Shown: in pieces, positions 45,382 to 54,369 of the stretch
Layout of the letters: every line of letters begins with the position of its first letter
Numbering within the stretch: position 1 is the first letter of the stretch
Source of the DNA: a virus
DNA length: 64,000 nt
IMG/VR virus record: IMGVR_UViG_3300009085_000027
Location: 1 to 64,000 of that record
Strand: one strand, 5' to 3'
The notes under the pieces: generated by a model
What the model was told of the DNA's origin: nothing
Database searches by the model: none
What the model saw: the letters and a program-made list of their open reading frames with translations, nothing else
Position numbers and translations under genes: made by a program

Positions 45382-48300
45382 GGGAGAACGACTCCTCCGG
45401 ACTTGACTACGGCGGTTACCACGTACGTGCCAGCAGGGAGATTCATATCATAGGTCGGACTGAATGTACCCCCGGGAAGCACGTAGGTGCCAAAGACATC
45501 AGTGACCAAGGTGTCGGCAAAGAACACGGAATCGAAGGTAATGATGCCCCCGCCCCATACGATCGTGAGTAGGAACTCGATGTAGTCCTCTGGACAGTCC
45601 ACGATCCCATCGAAGTAGGTGATGCCGTCATCGAACTCGGACCACAGGGTCCCATCGCCGCGGTAGTCGTCATAGCTGTAGACCCGGCCGGAGGGACAGG
45701 TCGAGTCGAAGAGGTTGACGTTCAGGGTCCCGTCGAGTTCATCCACTGGATCTATGGTGTCGTCGACCTGTCGAAGACCGAGGAGCAGGGGGTGCGTGTA
45801 CGTCGGTTTCACCTTCGAGATAAAGCTGAACAGCAGGGACAGGTTGGAGATGGAAACCAGGTCAAGATTGAACTGAACCAAGAAGTAGTGGAACTTCTCG
45901 ATTTCCGTGAGTAGTCCGCCGCGAACGAACGGGATGTACCACGTTGGGTCGTTGTAGAGATCAATGATGTCGACACCGCCACCTATTGGGGAGAACTGTG
46001 GAATGCTGTCTCCCGTGGCCCAGGGCAGGTCGGTTTCGGGATTGATGGCCAGGCCACTGGTCTGTGTCAGATTCAGCGGGTCCTTCTTGTAGTAGTAGGT
46101 CCTGACTGTCTCCGACGTGATCGAGGTGTCCCCGGTGTAGTCTCGGATCAGTACGCGACCCGAGGTGGGGCTGAAGTCGTATCGGATCTCTTCGATGGTT
46201 CCGGCCACCTCTGCGAATGGCTGACCGAACAAGATCTGGGCTCCGACCTGGACGGCGAACACACTAGGACCACGCTGCTGGGCGTAGATCAACCCAGCGA
46301 CACCAGCGACGTAGTTGAAGTCGTCGGGGAGGTTGGCAGCATCATCACGAAGGAACCCAGCCAGTGTACCGAACAGGTCCTCGACGTTGGGTTCGTTGCT
46401 GAATAGTGTGAGCTCGGCCCAGAAGATGTCGGGTGGCTCCAGGTCTGGTGTGATGAACACAGAATCCCGGAACTGAAGCATCGGGATCGCAGAGCCATCG
46501 ATCTCTCTGTAGAACGGCTCCAGGATGTAGTCGGTGTTCTCCATCCACAGCGTGGGGGACGCAGACACCGGGATCTTGTCCTGGAGCCTGGGGATACCAA
46601 CGATTTCCTCGTGGATGGGAAGGGCCTTGCGTCGCTTGACGCCAAGGAGTCTGATCTCGAAAGCCTCGGGGTCGAGAAGGGCCCCGAAGAAGCCGTCGAG
46701 GTGGGCAGCCAGCTGTGTTGACTTCTGGGCCACGACGGTGCCGCGAACGTCTGTGGTGGCAGACGTGCTCACCGCGAAGACCTCGGCCTTCACCATGTCG
46801 CCGGGGTAGCTGCCCAGCGTCTCGTAGTCCACTGTGCTGCGCACTACACTGGGGATCTCCCACTCCGCAGTGGCATCCAGGGGCAACGACGAGGTGAGTA
46901 GCACTCGCTGGTTGAGTAGCGGGTCGTCATCACTGCTCAGTACCCGATCAATGACGAAGGACTGACCATTGTTGAGGACAAGGAGATCTCCGCGCTGTAC
47001 ACCAGACTCAACCAGGTCTGCGCTGCCGCCGGCGTAATACACACGGTCGGTGATGATTGACCCCGTCGAACCAGAGACGTAGTTGAACACGTCCGTGGTA
47101 ATATCTAGATCAGCGGCTGCAGTCGACGCCGGCGTGATGCGGAATGCACGGTTCGCCTTGAAGGACAGCCTGCAGCTCCTGAAGATGAAGAATACGGTCG
47201 ACCCCAGATTGTCGGGTATCGACTCACCCACCACAGTCAGAGATCCACCAGGATTATTTACGGTAGTGATCTCAAACCGACCTACGTCCGGGATAACCAG
47301 GGTGTCTCCAGCGAACGCCCAGCTCGGCAGGGACAGTGCAGGAAAGTCAAACACCGCGGTAAACCCGTCGCTGTCGCCGTCATCCACCGTAGATCCAGTT
47401 CCGGAGTGGAGACAGGACGGTGCTATGGATCGGATCCCGTGGCCATAAGCCCGGATACCAGACCCAATCAATGCAGCATTCACGTCTGCAACGATCTGAT
47501 ACACGGTGTCGCCAGTAAGCGTGACACTCGTCGTGGTTGTGGCGCTGGGATCAGACCCATTGGGGTACTCGAAGACCAGGGTGTTGCCCGTGACAGTGGG
47601 TGTACTGACCTCAAACTCCTGGCCAGCAGAGATTGACCCATACCGTACCGAGATCTCTACCTCAGTTGGATCCGTCTCTTCAATCAAGGATCGATAGGCC
47701 AACCACTTACGCTGGAACACCCGCTGTGCGTCACGAAGGCTGTAGTTGTAGTGGTGCTGCCAGACCTCGAGCATCCGACCAGCCAGGATCTGAGCGGCGC
47801 CCTTCCAGGCTTCCTCGAACACACCACGGTTCTCGACGAAGCCCCAGTCGTCTCCAAGACCCTTCCAGATCGGGGACACGTCAGGCTCTTCCCCGAGTGG
47901 AGCCCTGGAGCTCACAATGCTGGCCAAGACCTCCGAGGGTTCAGAGGCAGACTCACCATCGGTGACGATCAGCTCGAACCGATAAATCCCCGGCGCATCG
48001 GGTAGGAAGTACGGGGTCTCGGTGTCTGCCTCACTGAGCAGGCTCTGGCGAATGATCCGGAAAGGGGAGGCGCCCAAGGAGTCCGGGATCACGTCCTGTG
48101 TCACGCTGAGCGTACCACCGGGGTTGTCCACGGCGTTGATGACCGCACGGATCCCAGCTATTACCAAGACGTCCCCGTCCGTGACCCAGGCCGGGAGGCT
48201 GTTCGGGGTAAAGGACAGGACAGTGGTGACACCATCAGTATCGCCGTCATCCGTGGTAGCCCCCGTGCTCTTGTCCACGCCGTAGGCAGACCCGTAGGGG

Positions 48301-49079
48301 ACATCGAACACGCGCCACAGGTAGCCCAGAGCGGCCCCCTCGATATCGAAACTCGCCCTGCCATCAAGTCGCACGGCCTGTCCCACTGGAGACACCCGAT
48401 CAGGGCCAGCAACCGCCGTCGGCGGGAAGTTCGGGATCACGAGGTCTGAGGCAAGGCGAAGAGCGACGATCTCCATCTTGCTGGGCTCTGCGGGTCTGCC
48501 CAGGACAAAGACCTCGAACAGATCACTGATCCCCGGAGGAGTGGGCTCCACCGGGATGATGTATCGAATCTCAGGGGTGACTCCCGCGGCATCCCCGATG
48601 TAGACGTAGGCCCTGCCCAGAGTGCTATCCACTGCGACACGGATCGTGCGGAACTCCGACGCGATTTCCTGTGTGGTCGACGTCGTGTCCGGCAAAGCAG
48701 TGACGCTACCGAAGTCGTCTACACGACTCACCGCCACACCCGTGGTGGCGAAGTAGATGCTCACCCCACGACCTGTACTGTCCGCAATGGTGATGCCCGC
48801 ACGGGCGCTGGCAAGATCCCCTGTGTCGTGGGGCATCTTCGGGAAACGCGCGGAAATCTCTATGGTGAACCGGGAGGGCACAGCGGTGTTGAACACCAAG
48901 CTGGCCTCCACGCCGTCTGCTGACTCCGCGGAAAGAACAGTGAGGTCGGAGGAGTACGTAAAGTACGGCAGAACCCCAGGGGTGATAGTGAGATCACCGG
49001 GTCCCAGCGACAACAGACTACCAATGGTGGTGCTGTCGAAGTCCGCGAGGTTCCATGTCGCCGAGGTCGGAAGTGCCAT
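45378..49079 (-). CDS. baseplate/tail protein with PKD-like domain
   Basis: PPTAVAGPD..VRLDGRASFD..YLW..PGIYRFELIVTDG; C-terminal KVKPTYT; internal repeat. Confidence 0.7.
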   Translation of the reverse strand: MALPTSATWNLADFDSTTIGSLLSLGPGDLTITPGVLPYFTYSSDLTVLSAESADGVEASLVFNTAVPSRFTIEISARFPKMPHDTGDLASARAGITIADSTGRGVSIYFATTGVAVSRVDDFGSVTALPDTTSTTQEIASEFRTIRVAVDSTLGRAYVYIGDAAGVTPEIRYIIPVEPTPPGISDLFEVFVLGRPAEPSKMEIVALRLASDLVIPNFPPTAVAGPDRVSPVGQAVRLDGRASFDIEGAALGYLWRVFDVPYGSAYGVDKSTGATTDDGDTDGVTTVLSFTPNSLPAWVTDGDVLVIAGIRAVINAVDNPGGTLSVTQDVIPDSLGASPFRIIRQSLLSEADTETPYFLPDAPGIYRFELIVTDGESASEPSEVLASIVSSRAPLGEEPDVSPIWKGLGDDWGFVENRGVFEEAWKGAAQILAGRMLEVWQHHYNYSLRDAQRVFQRKWLAYRSLIEETDPTEVEISVRYGSISAGQEFEVSTPTVTGNTLVFEYPNGSDPSATTTTSVTLTGDTVYQIVADVNAALIGSGIRAYGHGIRSIAPSCLHSGTGSTVDDGDSDGFTAVFDFPALSLPSWAFAGDTLVIPDVGRFEITTVNNPGGSLTVVGESIPDNLGSTVFFIFRSCRLSFKANRAFRITPASTAAADLDITTDVFNYVSGSTGSIITDRVYYAGGSADLVESGVQRGDLLVLNNGQSFVIDRVLSSDDDPLLNQRVLLTSSLPLDATAEWEIPSVVRSTVDYETLGSYPGDMVKAEVFAVSTSATTDVRGTVVAQKSTQLAAHLDGFFGALLDPEAFEIRLLGVKRRKALPIHEEIVGIPRLQDKIPVSASPTLWMENTDYILEPFYREIDGSAIPMLQFRDSVFITPDLEPPDIFWAELTLFSNEPNVEDLFGTLAGFLRDDAANLPDDFNYVAGVAGLIYAQQRGPSVFAVQVGAQILFGQPFAEVAGTIEEIRYDFSPTSGRVLIRDYTGDTSITSETVRTYYYKKDPLNLTQTSGLAINPETDLPWATGDSIPQFSPIGGGVDIIDLYNDPTWYIPFVRGGLLTEIEKFHYFLVQFNLDLVSISNLSLLFSFISKVKPTYTHPLLLGLRQVDDTIDPVDELDGTLNVNLFDSTCPSGRVYSYDDYRGDGTLWSEFDDGITYFDGIVDCPEDYIEFLLTIVWGGGIITFDSVFFADTLVTDVFGTYVLPGGTFSPTYDMNLPAGTYVVTAVVKSGGVVLP

Positions 49080-49086
49080 GCCGCCG

Positions 49087-49102
49087 TGATACTCTACACC
49101 GA
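49087..49102 (+). promoter_or_regulatory. extended -10 leaderless promoter overlapping a divergent -10
   Basis: TGaTACTCT, 7 nt, ATG 49103; TAGAGT on the minus strand at 49096-49091. Confidence 0.5.
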
Positions 49103-49408
49103 ATGAGACTCAAACCACTACCCCCAGGTCTAGCCAGCTTCTTGATCCGTGACGAGCAAGACGCCCTGACCCCACTCGTAGAATCCCGCAATCACAGGAT
49201 CAAGTCCAAGCCATGCCCAAGATGCCGGGGCAACATGCACCCCACCATCATGGCAGACTACGTGTTCTCCCCGCATGACCCGCTGCCGAAGACCGTAGGT
49301 CGTTGTGTTGATTGCAGCCTGGTCCTGGACCCCCAAACCAACCTGATCCTCGAGACCGGGAATCCCGCAAACATTGAGGATCCGTTCAAGATCGATGTCC
49401 AGGACTAG
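49103..49408 (+). CDS. small Zn-ribbon protein, antisense within the tail module
   Basis: CPRC..CVDC; fills the gap between two minus-strand genes. Confidence 0.7.
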   Translation: MRLKPLPPGLASFLIRDEQDALTPLVESRNHRIKSKPCPRCRGNMHPTIMADYVFSPHDPLPKTVGRCVDCSLVLDPQTNLILETGNPANIEDPFKIDVQD

Positions 49409-52400
49409 CGGATGCCACTCGAAGAAGTCCGCCTCACAACGAGACTTCCGGGCAGGTAACGCTGAGACCGTACGGTGTCTACGAAGTCGGTGACCACTAA
49501 GCCGCTGATGGCTCGATCCATGCCGTGGTAGATAACCACGAACAGAGGTGCCCTACGGCCTGTGGTGTCGTCGCTCTGGGTGAACACCGACACCGCGCCA
49601 CGACGACGCAAAGCATCGACGAGATCTGTGACCTCCAGCTGGTCCCCCGGGGCAATCCCGTCTAGGAGCTCCTCCAAAGCACGCCTCATGTTGGCTTCGG
49701 TCTCGCCAGAGGAGTAGCCCCAGTTCAGAGCCACATAGTGAGGCAGTAGGTGTCGCACCAAGATCTCTTCACAGAGGACGCGCTGGAACTTGGAGTCTGA
49801 GAAGCTCTGGACGTCGTCCACGAGCTGGCTTCGCTCGTAGTTGACCTGCACGTTCTGCTGACTGAGCTGCACAGCCTCGATCGGATCATCAGGGCTACCC
49901 ACCAACTGGATGGACCGACTGATCTCGGCGAAGAGCCGCTCTGCCCGACTGAACGATGTCGACGCGTTCTCGGTGCGCAAGCGATAGCCGTCACTGCGGT
50001 GACCGCTAATGTCCAAGCCAACCCCGGCGTCAAGGTTGGAGACGTCCCCAGGAGCCAAGCCCTGGAGCTCGACGTCGGCGTAGTACAGGTCAGTGTCATC
50101 GGCGTTGTCGCTCATCTCGGTGGACGACACGCGCTGTACGTACCGAAGGATTCGATAGTGGGTCTCAATCACTGACCCACCAGACAAAGGCGTGGCTGTG
50201 GCGAGTTGGATCTGGTTTGCCCCGGACACAGCGGACACCACGTATGTGGCCTTGGCGGGGTGATCCGTATTGCTCGGCGCCGTAATCCCGAGCTCCGCGC
50301 TGGCAGTGGTATTGATCAGTTCAATCCTGCGATTGGACTTCAGAACTAACTGACCCAGACCGTTCAGGCTGGCGATGTCCTCATCGACCTGGGTGTTGAT
50401 GTAGTCGACGACATCTTGTCTTGGCATGTCGAAGGGGAACGACACCAGGATGATGGGATCGGAATCCAGGCGTAGGCTCAGGGTCTTGGCATTGACGAGT
50501 ACGTCCCCAGAGGGAGGCAACATCACCGACCCTGTGATTGGCACGTAGAGGACCTCGACGAGGTCTCCGGCTTTGATGCCAGCGGCGTAGAAGTCCAGAC
50601 TGGCGTCAGACAGGGTGTTGAACCCAGAGTCAGTAACGCCTGTGTTAGGAAGGTCCGGGCTCGGTGGAGCCGGTCGGATCACTCTGGTGTTGTCGGGATC
50701 CGGGATGTAGACGAGGTCTTGGTTCTCAACAGTCGTCACGAATCGCGTCGTCGCGTAGTCGAACTCTGCTGAGGTCGGGGCCAGGAAGTAGACTCTGGCT
50801 GAACCCACACTGGGTCGCGCAATCCGAACCCGACTGGCTAGTGCGGGGCGGAACACAACGGAGTTGTACAACGCAGTGGTCCCGGAAGGACCCAGTGGCC
50901 CACTACCGACCCGGATTCTCCAAGTGTTGCCGAAGAACGCGGGGTTCTCGACCAAACGACCCTGGGTCCCGGAGTTGTTGCCATCTACGAACTCGATGAC
51001 ATCACCGGCACGGAGTTTGACGCCGTTGAGATTGCCGTCGCGGGCCACGATCTCGGTGTTGCAGACTCCAGCAACAAGGCCCAGTACAGACCCCACAGTG
51101 CCGGTCTCGGCAGTGACCTTGAATGCCATGGACGTGACGATGCCTACGACGTACTCGTCTGTTGTACCCGTAGGAATCACTACGGCGGATACCCCGGCAG
51201 CCAGCATAGCGACATTCGCATTGATCAGTGCAGCTATGCCTGCAGGGGTGTAGGCCGCCGCAGGGATCACGAGCGTTCCACTCGTCGGGAACGTCCAACC
51301 CGTTTCAGGTGGCGTGGTCTGCCAGCTCAGTGTGCCGTTCACAGCGATAGGTGCTGTGGACAGCCAGGGTGTAGTGCGAGCCCCGGAATCCACCAATCCG
51401 TCAAAGACGAAACCACCACCCTCGTTCTGGAACGCGTTGCTGACGACGAGGACAGGGTCTCGATACGGGATCGTGGTTCCGCTGGGAGCACCACTACTGT
51501 CCAGGAGCTCAAGTGACGTGACCCGGACCACTGGGGTTTCCACGGCCTCGGAGCGGGTGAAGACGCGGTACGACACAGCACTGAGACTTCGTACGGCCAC
51601 GGGGTCAATCTTCAGGCTCACGGCCCCGACCTCCGTGATGGTGAAGTCACCGCCGTAGAGGTCGTCTTGGATCTCGAGGATGTCTCCGATCTGAACATTG
51701 GCGTCCACGAAGTTCGTGGATGATGCAGTCACCACGGTGTCACTTCCGCCCGAGGTGATGAGGTCCGCACCAGTCACCTTGATGTCCTTGGGGTCGGTGA
51801 GCTCCACGTCAATGGTGTCGACCACCTTCCAGGACAGGTTGGTCTGAGACCCCGTCATGGTGGTGTCCAAGGTGAGAAGCCCACCGGTCGAGGTCAAGAT
51901 TCTGTAGGAGTTGGCGTCAGCCCCTTCCTCAAGGACCAGGCTCATCCCAGGCTCGAAGAGTGCCTGCTGCAGCACCGTACTATCACTGAGGTCTACGACG
52001 CTGGTGGCATTGGTGATCGCATTGATCCCACTGGCCACGGGGTTCTCATCCGACAGGTTTGTGATCTGGGCTGTAGCATCCTCGGTCTCGCCAGCGACGT
52101 AGACGTCCGTCTTACCGCCGATGTGGATCTCGTCCCCGGTGATTTCCAGAGTGCCGTCCGCTGAGTCCGGAAGGGTGATGCCACCTGGAATGTCCGTAAT
52201 AGTGAGGAGCCTCTGCCGAAGCATCCAGGTCACGGTAGTGGACGAGCCCGCGGTGAGGACCGGGATTTCATCGGAGATTTCCACCTGTGTGGCAGACAGG
52301 ACCCGAACAATCTCTGAGTCCAGGGCTACGAGCCCGGCGCCAGCGTCGTAGATGACAGTCAGGAACCAACCCGACACCGTGGACCCCACGGCCCCTACAC

Positions 52401-53379
52401 GACTGGTGAACTGCCCCGTCGGTGCCGAGACCACAGGGCTGGTGGGGTCTGCGTCGAGGTCGTCCGCTACGGTCCCGGCGCCGTAGAAGGCACCGAACAC
52501 ATCATTGGCTGGGATCGGTCCGAGACTGCCACCACGAACTACGTCGCGTTCCATCTCGGGGTCTCGGAACCCGACGGAGAAGACCTGGCGTATGCCGGGG
52601 AACGACTCGGTAAGGGTCGCAATGATCCCGCGCTCCACAGTCAGGGTCTTGTCGCTGAGACCGGACTGTACGCGAGCGGCGTAGTCCAAGGAGGTCTCTC
52701 GGGGCTCACCGCCACGGAACCTCCGGATGTTTCGGACCCTAGTCGCGGTGGGCAGGTTCGCGATGCTGACAACCTCATTGGGTTCGACGTTGTAGTCATC
52801 ACCCCGATTCTCAGCCGTGTAGTTGACATCGAAGTAGTACTCCGAGCCCTCTACGTTGAGTAGCATCTGGTCCGCTGTGATCTGTTGCGGTCGCGTCGGG
52901 AAGAACCGCTTCCCAGACCGAGTAGAGCCCGGATTCACCAGTGTCAGGCTCAAGCTCTGGGGCGATGCGAAGTAGACACGGATCACACCGACGGAGTAAC
53001 CACCACTCCGCCTGGACTCGAAGAAGTTGCCCATCAAGGCATCGACCTCGTCGTCCGCCAGGCTCTCAATATTCCGCAGTGAGCTGCGCAACTTCACCAG
53101 CTTGATCTCACGAACCACGGGTTCAATGATGACCCGCATCGGATCGATCAAGACATCGGTGAGCTCATCGGCCTCTGTGATGGCCAAGTCCGGGAATGCC
53201 TGACGCACCCGGTCCCGGATGAAGGTCTCGATGTCTTCATCGAAGGGATCTGTACCCACCCGAGACATGATTGGCTCAACGAGCTCGGCCTGGGCCCGCG
53301 ACCCATCAGTGAGGTCAATGTCGGGGTCGTACCGGATGAGTGCGTCTTCGATGAAGGTCTTGAGGTCGCTGAGAGCCAT
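49405..53379 (-). CDS. baseplate J-like wedge protein
   Basis: FFESRRSGGYSVGVIRVYF, GDDYNVEPNE, FRGGEPRET..YAARV. Confidence 0.75.
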   Translation of the reverse strand: MALSDLKTFIEDALIRYDPDIDLTDGSRAQAELVEPIMSRVGTDPFDEDIETFIRDRVRQAFPDLAITEADELTDVLIDPMRVIIEPVVREIKLVKLRSSLRNIESLADDEVDALMGNFFESRRSGGYSVGVIRVYFASPQSLSLTLVNPGSTRSGKRFFPTRPQQITADQMLLNVEGSEYYFDVNYTAENRGDDYNVEPNEVVSIANLPTATRVRNIRRFRGGEPRETSLDYAARVQSGLSDKTLTVERGIIATLTESFPGIRQVFSVGFRDPEMERDVVRGGSLGPIPANDVFGAFYGAGTVADDLDADPTSPVVSAPTGQFTSRVGAVGSTVSGWFLTVIYDAGAGLVALDSEIVRVLSATQVEISDEIPVLTAGSSTTVTWMLRQRLLTITDIPGGITLPDSADGTLEITGDEIHIGGKTDVYVAGETEDATAQITNLSDENPVASGINAITNATSVVDLSDSTVLQQALFEPGMSLVLEEGADANSYRILTSTGGLLTLDTTMTGSQTNLSWKVVDTIDVELTDPKDIKVTGADLITSGGSDTVVTASSTNFVDANVQIGDILEIQDDLYGGDFTITEVGAVSLKIDPVAVRSLSAVSYRVFTRSEAVETPVVRVTSLELLDSSGAPSGTTIPYRDPVLVVSNAFQNEGGGFVFDGLVDSGARTTPWLSTAPIAVNGTLSWQTTPPETGWTFPTSGTLVIPAAAYTPAGIAALINANVAMLAAGVSAVVIPTGTTDEYVVGIVTSMAFKVTAETGTVGSVLGLVAGVCNTEIVARDGNLNGVKLRAGDVIEFVDGNNSGTQGRLVENPAFFGNTWRIRVGSGPLGPSGTTALYNSVVFRPALASRVRIARPSVGSARVYFLAPTSAEFDYATTRFVTTVENQDLVYIPDPDNTRVIRPAPPSPDLPNTGVTDSGFNTLSDASLDFYAAGIKAGDLVEVLYVPITGSVMLPPSGDVLVNAKTLSLRLDSDPIILVSFPFDMPRQDVVDYINTQVDEDIASLNGLGQLVLKSNRRIELINTTASAELGITAPSNTDHPAKATYVVSAVSGANQIQLATATPLSGGSVIETHYRILRYVQRVSSTEMSDNADDTDLYYADVELQGLAPGDVSNLDAGVGLDISGHRSDGYRLRTENASTSFSRAERLFAEISRSIQLVGSPDDPIEAVQLSQQNVQVNYERSQLVDDVQSFSDSKFQRVLCEEILVRHLLPHYVALNWGYSSGETEANMRRALEELLDGIAPGDQLEVTDLVDALRRRGAVSVFTQSDDTTGRRAPLFVVIYHGMDRAISGLVVTDFVDTVRSQRYLPGSLVVRRTSSSGIR

Positions 53380-53386
53380 GTTCGTC

Positions 53387-54028
53387 CTACGCCGAAAGGG
53401 TTGCAGCGCCGCGCAACCCGCTGTGAGAGGTCAACACCACTGTCACGTACAGGGCTGTGCCCGAGGGGTCTACACTGATACCGCTGATCTCCGCACTGAG
53501 CAGCCGCTCGGAGGGTGGGATGTTTCGTTCCGGGGTCTGAACACTGATGACGTACTGCTTCGCGGCATTGACCGCGATGGCGACGTCCGCTGCGGCCTTG
53601 TCGTCGAGAACACCACCAACCCGTTTGAGCATCCCTCCACCACTACGGCGGTGGAAGATGTTTGACCCCGGAGTTCTCAAGAGCTGACGAAGGAACACCT
53701 GCATAAGCCGTAAGATCCCTCGAGCCTTTCGCGGACGGGTACCGAAAGTGAGCTCTACGATGCTGCGCTCAGTCAGGGTCAGAGAGCTGCTCATGACCAC
53801 CACATCAGTGATCAAGGAATCCTGCAACGGCTCAGGAACCTCGGCCACCAGTTCAGTCCTGGAATAGACCACGAACTCGGGTGCCGCAAAACTGTTGATC
53901 AGCACCTGCTCGACGTTCTTGAAGTCGTCGCCCTTCACAATGATGCTTCGTGGGGTGATGCCTACGGCGTTGCGGATCTCATTGACACGCAGAACATCAA
54001 GCAGTCTGACGACCTGAATCGAATCCAT
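53387..54028 (-). CDS. baseplate wedge protein (IPT-like plus gp25-like)
   Basis: IIVKGDDF..V.IN; LLRTPGSNIFH..GGG. Confidence 0.6.
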   Translation of the reverse strand: MDSIQVVRLLDVLRVNEIRNAVGITPRSIIVKGDDFKNVEQVLINSFAAPEFVVYSRTELVAEVPEPLQDSLITDVVVMSSSLTLTERSIVELTFGTRPRKARGILRLMQVFLRQLLRTPGSNIFHRRSGGGMLKRVGGVLDDKAAADVAIAVNAAKQYVISVQTPERNIPPSERLLSAEISGISVDPSGTALYVTVVLTSHSGLRGAATLSA

Positions 54029-54030
54029 GT

Positions 54031-54354
54031 CTACTCCTCAGACTCCGGTGCGGTGTTGACATCAGAAGCGTTGTCATGCCTGCGGAATAGATCTGGTGGC
54101 GTAGCCTTCATGGCTTCGATGTTGGCGACTAGGTCGGCTCGGACCCGGCGGAGCCTCTGCAGGCGACTCGGGTTGATGGGGTCTGTGGTCGTTTCGAGCC
54201 GGGCGATGTGCTGGTCCATCAGCTCTTCGATGCTGAGGGCAGCGTAAGTGTCCCGGACCTCTTTGCTGCGAAGCTCACCAACGGCGTTGGCTACAACGCG
54301 GCGGAACTCCCGGAGCTGGGTCCTCGAAGCACTTCGTGGTGTAGATTCTGGCAC
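54031..54354 (-). CDS. hypothetical protein
   Basis: GTG start preceded by leaderless extended -10. Confidence 0.6.
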   Translation of the reverse strand: MPESTPRSASRTQLREFRRVVANAVGELRSKEVRDTYAALSIEELMDQHIARLETTTDPINPSRLQRLRRVRADLVANIEAMKATPPDLFRRHDNASDVNTAPESEE

Positions 54355-54369
54355 GACCTGACTCTATCA
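54355..54369 (-). promoter_or_regulatory. extended -10 leaderless promoter
   Basis: TGaTAGAGT, 6 nt, GTG. Confidence 0.55.

Noticed and set aside
44707-45453. Long antisense ORFs here and elsewhere (e.g. 8180-8857, 32397-33095, 55903-56544)
   Set aside because: They fully overlap better-supported genes on the opposite strand and show no motifs
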